Below, piece by piece: positions 55,028-64,000 of a DNA stretch of 64,000 nt; the first letter of the stretch is position 1; each line of letters begins with the position of its first letter. The stretch is taken from the NCBI GenBank assembly GCA_051294375.1, contig CM119269.1, positions 14,395,918 to 14,459,917 of the forward strand. The letters are read 5' to 3'. The notes under the pieces were generated by a model. The model ran no database searches. It was not told the DNA's origin and saw only the letters and a list, made by a program, of their open reading frames with translations. Both the position numbers and the translations under genes were made by a program. This DNA is from Paraspadella gotoi (taxonomy: Eukaryota > Animalia > Chaetognatha).

Positions 55028-56102
55028 CCACCCTTTACTCTCCTCGTCCCCACTTCCCCCTAACCTTTTCCACCCACCCAACTTTTTTTTCATTTTCCTT
55101 TGATTTTTTTTTAATAATTGATTTTCTAAACAAACAAAAAAATTTTGAGGAGAAAATTGTCGAGTAGAATCGAGTTATATTGGAATCGAATTATCCCGTG
55201 ACTAATGTTGAGTTACGGCTTCGTCGGACTTGGTCGTCGTCGACGTCGTCGACGTCGTCGTCGTCATCGTCGTCGTCGTCGTCGTCATCGTCGTCGTCGA
55301 AAAAAGTCAATGTTCCCATCTTAACCACTGAGTCTTTATCGACGTCGCTCTCGTCGTCGTCGTCGTCGTCATTTGTATCGTTTTTAAATTTTACTTTTTT
55401 GCATATTTTTTTTTCTGTTTTTTATCGTCCCGTTTACAATTGTGCTTAATAAATGGTTTATTACTTAATTTTACTGAATACTTATCGTTTTTTATTACCT
55501 TCATAATTTTTTTTTTTATTTCGTTTCATCGTCGCTTATATTTTCTAAATCGAACCCATCATCATATACTTAATCATTATACTTATTTTCACTTTTAAAT
55601 CATTTCTATCATTTATCAATTATCAGCATCATCGAACAGTCGATGTGATCGAATTTTTTCGTTGTTGTCGTCATACTAATTCTCCGTCAACATCGTTCCA
55701 ACTCGTCGTCTTCTTTCCTGAGGTCGTCGCCCTCTTCGTCGTCGTCGTCGTCGTCGTCGTCGTCATCCTAATCGTTGTTGTCGTCGTCGTCGTCGTCGTC
55801 GCCGTCATCCAGTCTGCTTCCGGATTCCCATTCTGGTTATTTTTGTCTTCGGCCGAATTCGTGGGCGAAACTCATTTGGAAAAAAAAAAGATTTTAATTT
55901 GGAGAGAAAATTTCGTGAACTGAAAAGAGATTTTATGTTTCGCTCATTTAAATTTATTTTTAAAAAAACGGGAAAATCTAGCGACACTTTATATCAAACC
56001 TTTGCTATGGCTGTTCCAACTTCCATACTTTAGTTTGGTCGTATGTGTATTCGAATTTAGATAAAACGCAAAATGATTTAACACAACAAATCTCATTCCT
56101 CT

Positions 56103-56410
56103 GCCGCGAGTAGTCGCGAAGCAACTATATAAGTCACTTTTCGGTTGGTCTGTCGGTCGGTCGGTCGGTCAATCGGTATGTCTGTCCGTCGGTCTGACCC
56201 ACTTACGTTAAAAATGCATAAAATTTTCCTATAGTTGATGATTGCTCATTTGTTAAGAAAGAAAAAAACCTCAAATCTAAGTGTCTGCTAGCACATGTCA
56301 TGTCATGTAGCGTCATGTCATGTAATGTCATGTCAGATCGTATTTTCTTAAAAACGTCAATAATACTTCTAAGTCACGCAATCGCTTATTATAAGCTGCC
56401 TACTCTTCAA
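56103..56410 (+). mobile_element. HINE/DINE-like element, family 2
   Basis: gccgcgagtagtcgcgaagcaactatataagtcacttttcgg is followed by (GTCG/GTCT)n and a (CATGT)n tract. The head is also seen at 30690-30727 (gttgcgccgcgagta..aagcaactctataa). Confidence 0.45.
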
Positions 56411-56484
56411 GGTTTTCCTTCTTTTACGACTTGGAAAAAGTCTTTATTTGTCAAAAGTCACGTGACCGCGCTAATTATCCTTTG

Positions 56485-56613
<129 letters not shown>

Positions 56614-56849
56614 TGGGGGGGGAGTAGAAAATAAAACATATACAGTTTTCGGGACTAAGTATTTCTTTATTTCCGAAAAATACAACTTAGAATTTCCGGA
56701 AAAGAATTTCAATGATTGATCCTGCAAATTTCATTATATGGGAAAAAGAATTCCAGTTGTGTAGCGTCGCTCGACCTGACGTTTCTGATGCGACCTCTTA
56801 CTCTCGCCCGACCCGAGAAAAAGATACCGCGAATCCTAGAAGTATTTTT

Positions 56850-56984
<135 letters not shown>

Positions 56985-58036
56985 CACTTATAGATACAGA
57001 TAGAGATACAGAGACAAAGATGGTGAAAAGGGTTTCTTGTCGCTTCTATGATCTTCATGGCGAATCTGACAAGACGCCGAGGATAATCTAATTGTGCGCG
57101 GGCGGCGCCGCTGCGGCGGAAGCGACTTAGGAGGCGGCAGAGTAGGCGGCCGGTGGCGGCGGCGGCAGAAGCGGCGGAAGCGGCATCGGAGGCGGCGAAG
57201 AGGAGGTTCCGAATCGACTGCAAGGGATCCCTCCATTTTTTTTCAGCATAAAGTTGCCAGCTTGACTTAATCTACTGGAAAAAACTTTTGCCTTCGAGCG
57301 CCTCCGGTTTTTTTCTTTCTTTTTCTCTTTTTTTCTTATTTTCTTATTTTCTCCTACCCTTTTCTTTCTTTTTCCTGTTCCTTTCTTTCTTTTTCCTCTT
57401 CCTTTCTCCACTCTTCCTTTTTTTTTCTTGCTTTTTCCTTTCTACCCTCCTTCCTTTTTCTTACCATTATCATTTTCCTTTTATTTTCCGTTTTCTTTCC
57501 TTTTTCTTCCCAATCTTTTTTTTTCATTCTTTTCTTTTCCATTGTTTTTTTTTTCCTTTTTGCTTCTCTCTCTCTCTCTTTTTCATTTCTTTCCTTTTTT
57601 CCCTTTTTTTTTCCTCTTTCAATCTCCGTTTTCTTTTCTCCTAAAATCTCACCACTTTTCTTTGTCCTTTTCATTTCCTCCCGATTTTCGCCGCCATTTT
57701 TCTTTATTCGCTTTCCAGTTTGTTTTTTCTTTTCTTTATTTTATTTTTTTCCCCATTTTGTTTTAGATTTCTAGTACGTTTATTAGTACTTTGTCCTTTT
57801 AGAGTTTATACTAATGTTACTAGATTAGTAGATTCTTTTTTACACTATTTTATTCATTAATTCGATACCTAATCTTTGTTTCTCATCTTCATTTTTTTTT
57901 TGGATATTACTGCACAAATTTCCTTCACTACCTCGAATTCTTCTTTCTTATCGTCAATCGTACCCGAACCCAAACCTTCCGATCTTTTTCTAATTATTTT
58001 TTTCTCTTTTTATTTTCCATTTCACTTTGTTCAATT

Positions 58037-59389
58037 CCTTTGAGCCCCTTTTCCTTTGAGCCCCTTTTCCTTTGAACCCTTTTCCGTTGAGCCCCTTTTC
58101 CTTTACGCCCCTTTGTTCCTTTGAGCCCGCTTTTCCGTTTGAGCCCCTTTTCCTTTGAGCCCCTTTTCCTTCAAGCCCCTTTTTGGCCCCTTTTGAGCCC
58201 CTTTTCCTTTGAGGCCCCTTTTCCTTTAGCCCCTTTTCCTTAGCCCCTTTTCTTCTAAGCCCCTTTTCTTTTAAGCCCCTTTTCCTTTAAAGCCCCTTTT
58301 TCTTTTAAGCCCCTTTTCCTTTAAGCCCCTTTTCTCTTAAGCCCCTTTTCCTTTGGCCCTGTTCTTTTAACCCTTTTCTTTAAGCCCTTTTCTTTTAAGC
58401 CCCTTTCCTTTAGCCCCTTTTCCTTAAGCCCCTTTTCCTTTGAGCCCCTTTTCCTTTAAGCTCCTTTTCCTTTAAGCCCCTTTTCTTTTAAGCCCCTTTT
58501 CCTTAAGCCCTTTCCTTTAAGCCCTTTTTCTTTGAGCCACTTTTTCCTTAAGCCCCTTTTCCTTTAAGCCCTTTTCCTTTAAACCCCTTTTCCTTAGGCC
58601 CCTCTTTCCTTTAAGCCCCTTTTCCTTTAACCCTTTTCTTTGAGCCCCTTTTCCTTTAAGCCCTTTTTCCTTTAAGCCCTTTTTTTAGGCCCCTTTTCCC
58701 CCTTTAAGCCCCTTTTTCTTTAAGCCCCTTTTCCTTAGGCCCCTTTTCCTTTAATCCCCTTTTCTTTTAAGCCCCTTTTCCTTTGAGCCCTTTCCCTTTG
58801 AGCCCCTTTTCCTTTAAGCCCCTTTTCCTTTAAGCCTTTTCTTTGAGCCCCTTTTTTCCTTTAAGCCCCTTTTTCCTTTAAGCTCCTTTTCCTTTAAGCC
58901 CTTTTCCTTTTAAGCGCTTTTTCCTTTAAGCCCTTTCCTTTAAGCTCTTTTCCTTTAAGCCCCTTTTCTTTTAGCCCTTTCCTTAAGCCCTTTTCCTTTA
59001 AGCCCTTTTCCTTTAAGCCCTTTTCCTTTAAGCCTTTTCCTTTAAGCCCTTTTCCTTTCCCCTTTTCCTTAAGCCCTTTTTTCCTTCTAAGCCCCTTTTC
59101 CCTTGGAGCCCTTTTCCTTTAAGCCCCTTTTCCTTTAAGCCACTTTTCCTTTAAGCCTCTTTCTCCTTAGGCCCCTTTTCCTTTAAGCCCCTTTTCCTTT
59201 GGCCCCTTTTCCTTTAAGCTCCTTTTCCTTTAAGCCCCTTTTCTTTTAAGCCCCTTTCCTTTAAGCCCGTTTTCCTTAAGCCCCTTTTCCTTAGGCCCCT
59301 TTCCTTTAGGCCCTTTTCCTTTAAGCCCTTTTTCCTTTAAGCCCTTTTTTCCTTTAAGCTCTTTTCTTTTAGAGCCCCTTTTCTTTTAA
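58037..59389. repeat. ~16-bp satellite (cctttaagcccctttt / cctttgagcccctttt), ~80 degenerate copies
   Basis: A continuous array that resumes at 60269-60405 after an insertion. Confidence 0.95.
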
Positions 59390-60268
59390 GGGACCAAGTG
59401 AACAGGGGGGTAAAAAGCTGAAAAACATAACGTTTGACCCTTTAACTTAAGCTGGTTCTGATCATATAATTTTTTCTTCTATAATCATTTGGAAAGTAGT
59501 TAAAAAATTCGATAAAATCAGCGACGCTTAATTTTCTTTAAAAATCGTAAGAAGAAAATCTTTTTCAAAGTTTAAAATTTTTTTTCCCAAAAAAGGTGAA
59601 GATCTAATTTAAAAAGATTTTCAGCTTTTATTCATAAAAATTTATAAGAAAAAAAATTTAAGAATGAATAAATTTAAGGTATCGACTGATTTTATTTAAA
59701 CTTCTTTTCAAATGATTTTGTTAATTGGAGTGAAATATAAAACTCTTTGAAGTAATATAAATATATAAAGAAGAGAAAGATTCTGTACTTTGTGCTAAAA
59801 TTTTTAATTATTACAGATTAGGAAATCAATATAGTTTAATTATACATTAAGGGATGAATTGAATATTAATTAATAATTATTACAGTTTTGTGTTCTGTAA
59901 GAATAGAATTTAGGTTTTGATTTGTCTGCTTTTAAGGTAATATAAAAATAAAAAAATATTAGTCTTGTAAGCCTTTGTTCAATGAGGCTTAAACCTAAAA
60001 TTATAGCTTTGTACAGGTAAAAAAATAAAAAATAGGATTTAGTAAAATACTTTCTAATGCAAAAATAAAAATATGGATTATATAAATATTTAGGTAGGGT
60101 CAACTAAATTTTTTTTCATAATTATTAAATTTTTGTTCGCGTAGAATAAGAGATAGGAATTTTTTGCCACTTTGTCTCCGTGCAAAGAAAAATTAATGAC
60201 TATCCACCATTCAAATTCCTTTGATGATAGACCCTTAAGCTTATGATAATTTTTATCACTGGGTCCCC
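59390..60268. mobile_element. Non-autonomous TIR element with TTAA TSD (Kolobok-like)
   Basis: TTAA|GGGACCAAGTGA ... TCACTGGGTCCCC|TTAA gives ~12-bp imperfect TIRs that begin with purines. The interior is AT-rich and non-coding. It interrupts the satellite at the TTAA of a unit. Confidence 0.72.
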
Positions 60269-60405
60269 TTAAGCCCCTTTTCCTTTGAGCCTTTTCCTTT
60301 GAGCCCTTTTCCTTTAAGCCCCTTTTCCTTTGAGCCCCCTTTTCCTGTGGCCCTTTTCCTTTAAAGCCCCTTTTCTTTAAGCCCCTTTCCTTTAAGCCCC
60401 TTTTT
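60269..60405. repeat. Continuation of the 16-bp satellite
   Basis: ttaagccccttttcctttgagcc... uses the same unit as 58037-59389. Confidence 0.93.
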
Positions 60406-60757
60406 CTTCGTCTTCCTTCATCGTCAATCTTTAGCGGTGACAATCAATTTCCTTCTCTCTCTCTCTCTCTCTTTTCTCTCTCTCTCTTCTCTTTCTCTCT
60501 TCTCTCTCTCTCTCTCTCTCTCTCTATCTTCTCTCTCTTTATTTCTTTCCTCTCTCTCTCTCCTTCCTCTCTCACTCTCTCTCTTTCTCTGCTTTATCTG
60601 TACGGGCTCTCTCTCTTTCTCTCTCTCTCTTTCTCTCTCTCTCTCTCGCTCACTCTCACCATCCAGCAATCAATGTTTTCTCGACAAGCAGAGCAATAAA
60701 TTTCGAATTAAAGAAAAACTGGGGATCGTTGATAATTTGTCCTCACCTTTTTTCCCC

Positions 60758-61583
60758 TTTTTAGTCGGATCTGCTTATCAGCAGATCCCGACTCTATAAT
60801 TCACTTTGTCGGTCCGTCAGTCCGCCCCCTCAATCTTGCCGGGCATTCACTTATATCATTTCAGAACATCAAATTATGATATATTATGCAAAAAAAGATG
60901 TCTGTCCGTCTGTCTGTCTGCCCGTCCGTCCGTCCGTCCGTCCATCCCACCTTAACAAAAAACACCCATTACTCGTGAATGGATGGATAGATTGGAATGA
61001 AATTTTTGTGTGGGTAGGGAAGTGTGTGATTGAGCTCGACATGAAGTTTCGATGGAATCATCCGAGTGGAAATGAGTTTAAATGGAAAAAACAAAAAAAT
61101 ATATTTCACTATTTGAACACCAATTGCTCATGAGTGGATGGGGCGATTGACCTAAAATTTTGTGTGCGGGTACTGGGTAGGAAAGTGTGTGATTAAGCTG
61201 GAAATCAAGTTTCGATGGAATCGTTTGAGTGGAAATGAGTTTAAATGGAAAAAGCAAAAAACCTAATTCACTAATTAATTATAATTCTTTTTCTTTTTTA
61301 TTAAATGTAAATGAAAGATGTATTAATTAATCAAATAATTAATCAGTTAATTATTCAATTAGTCAATTAATTAATCATTACTTAATTAATCAGTCAATCA
61401 ATCAAGTCAATCGTTATCGGCATTATTCTCATCGTCATCATTGCTTTTGTCGTGTTTAGTGACGAAAAGAACTAAAAATAAACAATTTGGATCAAATTAA
61501 TCAATTAATTGCATAATTAATTAATTAATTAATTACCGATAATGATCGTGGGCAGATCCGACATTGTTTACTCAAACTTGTTT
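60758..61583 (+). mobile_element. DINE-1/HINE-like non-autonomous element, family 1, copy B (most intact)
   Basis: It starts with the hairpin head TTTTTA-GTCGGATCTGC-ttatca-GCAGATCCCGAC and a (GTCC)n microsatellite. Two ~155-bp central tandem repeats follow (60970-61100, 61125-61262). It ends with GCAGATCCGAC (61552-61562), a gttt-actc-aaac hairpin and ttgttt. Confidence 0.82.
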
Positions 61584-62080
61584 CATATTTTTTTGCTTTT
61601 TTTATTTAAGATCCAAAGTAAAAAGAAAAATTGCCTTACATATATTTTAAAGAGAAATTTATTTAAAGGGGAAGCTAAAAAGATATATATTAAGTGAAAT
61701 GGATGACAAGTATTTACATACGTAGTTTATCGCTAACCGTTTTTCCACTTTTCCCGAGCTGAGCGCAATCATTATTCGTACCTTAAGTCACAAAACTCAC
61801 TTCGTTCATTTTTTATTTTTAAAAAATCGCCTCACTATTTATCTATACATTGGCTAATGTTCACGTGACTTTGAAATGGCGAAAATGAATTAAATACACG
61901 ATATATTTATAATTCATCTAATTTTCTCTATCAAATTTGTACAACCAATAGAGCCTAATATAACCTATTTGATTCCGATTAAAATGGTTAAAATTATAGA
62001 CAAGAAATATGAAATTCGGAATACGCGATGAAATATCGAAGAAAGAATTAATTTTGACGTTTCTCTTTAGCCAGGTTTTG

Positions 62081-62117
<37 letters not shown>

Positions 62118-62690
62118 TATCAATTCGGCTCTTAAATTATAAATATTATTTAAATTATTTTCTACCTAAATTATAAATGTAAAAATTCCTGCCCTGATTT
62201 AAAATTTTTCAGCTTCCGAAGAAATCCAGTGAGTTATCTTCAAAACATGTCTATTCATTTTGTGATTTTAATTTAATTATAATTAATCTATATATCGAAA
62301 AGCCTAAAAATGTTATTCAATATTTCAAAAAAAACTCGTTAAAAACCAAAATTTAATTAATCCACTTTCCCGCGCTACATTTTCTTAAATTTTAGCTTCC
62401 GATCACCAAGTCTAGATATACTTTAAATATATTCAAAAAATATTTGCATCCCCTGCCAATACCTTTGCCCATTCAAACACCCTCATTACCAATCCACACC
62501 TTCAACACCCCCCCAAACATCCCCCAGGATGGCGTCAAGCCTCTAAAGTTGCGCTCAAACGCGAACATCAAAAAATTTGCACCGAACGAATATAAAGAAT
62601 CTCAAACTCTCTGGTGACAAAAGGAGGAGAGGCAGGAGCGAGAGGAGGAAAGAGGAGGAGGAAGGAGCCAAAGATGGAGAGAGCCCATCC

Positions 62691-62724
<34 letters not shown>

Positions 62725-63399
62725 GACGAGATAGAGAATTTTACATTCGCGGAGCCACTGGGACGGATTCGTGGCGCCGAAGAAGAGAGGATTATTTAAA
62801 GCTCAACATCGGTAGGATTCTTTCTCTTTGGTCTTCCGATTGTTTGTCCTGAATTGTCTTATTCTTTCGTTGTCTCGTTGTCTGTCTCTCTACTTATTAG
62901 TTCGTATTGTTTTAATATGTGTTTTGTCCTAACGTCCGAACGTCCGATTTTACCACTGCCGCCCTCAAGGACGATGACTCCGGATAACGACTTCGGTTTA
63001 ATTAACGCTCGATTTAGCGAACGAAATTTTTTTTTAAATTTCGCTTTTCTTGTTTTTTTTATAAATGCATTAGTTTTCTATTAAACTAAAAATTATTTAA
63101 GAGATTGTTTTTTTTTAAAGGACTTACCTGGTTTTAAGAAAATGACGCAAAAAAAAAAAGATAAGAGGGAAAAAAAAAAAAAAGAATTCTTCATTAAAAG
63201 CCGCAGGAAAAAAAATGGTATTATGGTGGCGGTGCAATAATTAATTTTGATTATGAATATAGTTTTAATGGACCATATTTCAAAACTTTACAAAATTAAT
63301 TTTAATCCGCTTTCTTCCACCACCCCACCCCCCCTTCCCTCCCCCCTCTCTCAGCCCAACGCCCCAACCGCCACTCGTTCCCTCCCCAAAGACACGCAT

Positions 63400-63720
63400 C
63401 TCAATACGAGTTTGGGCTTCTCGTCTCCCGCCGCCGCCGCGCGCCGACGGGCGCAGAGGGCCCACGAGCCGAGGCGGGCCGAGAGGGCCGAGAGAGCGGC
63501 GGGCCCGGCGAGCTTTCGAAGCCCGAGCGGTCGTCCGAGCGGCGCCGCTTCGTTGCATGGAAACGGATACGACGACGTCGATGTTCCGACGCGATGGCGA
63601 CGGGCGACTGGAGGAAGACGCACGTGGTGAAAGTCGGGTGGTTTCCTTTTTATTCGAGAGTGGGCGTCGCCATTTTGCAAGAAGGCCATTTTTGTTTTTG
63701 TTCGAAGTCTATGCCCATTT
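63400..63720 (+). promoter_or_regulatory. CpG/GC-rich island; possible promoter or first exon
   Basis: A sharp GC-rich block with an X-box-like GTTGCATGGAAAC (63552-63564), a CACGTG (~63621) and a YY1-like CGCCATTTT (~63668). An ATG at 63557 opens METDTTTSMFRRDGDGRLEEDARGESR. No homology was recognised. Confidence 0.3.
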
Positions 63721-64000
63721 CGGCAAAAGGACGCTCGCCGAGAAGTTGGGTTGTAAAATTGTTCAATATTTAAATTTATTTATTAGTAGATGTATTTATT
63801 ATTTAGTTAATTGTTTATTCTATTCTATTATTTATTTATTTATTATTTATTTATTTTATTTATTTATTTTTATTTATTTTATTTATTTTTTTTTATTTAT
63901 TTATTTGAATTGTTTATTTATTTAAAGTAAATATTATGCTCGGCCTCTTAAATAAGTTGAAAAAAGTCCAAACATATATGAATGTAAGAGTGAATTGAAT

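Overview
This is AT-rich eukaryotic DNA, most likely from an invertebrate animal draft assembly; the taxon cannot be determined from this window. It is dense in (AG)n, (GAC)n and (GAAA)n microsatellites and has many N-gaps. Several stretches look like poorly corrected long-read gap fills. No intact protein-coding gene, rRNA, functional tRNA or CRISPR array is supportable, and nearly all listed ORFs are low-complexity artefacts. The real structure is a mobile-element landscape. (1) Penelope-like retroelement remnants carry minimal type-I hammerhead ribozyme motifs: 35281-35323 (+), 40671-40712 (-), 41962-42017 (-) and a decayed copy at 40817-40857 (+). The first lies downstream of a degenerate linker/GIY-YIG-like reading frame, and the second sits inside a 200-bp fold-back insert flanked by a 12-bp target-site duplication. 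(2) A 4.9-kb TA-flanked TIR element (38996-43890) has collected nested insertions and a GC-rich coding-like fragment. (3) A tRNA(Gly-CCC)-derived SINE-like repeat occurs in two copies. (4) DINE-1/HINE-type (Helentron-associated) non-autonomous elements fall into two families. (5) A TTAA-flanked Kolobok-like element splits a 16-bp satellite. (6) A ~4.5-5 kb tandem duplication (22770-27223 vs 27263-32340) is probably an assembly or haplotype artefact. I found no convincing wholly new biological system. The most interesting signal is the cluster of hammerhead-bearing Penelope terminal repeats nested in one another and inside a DNA transposon.
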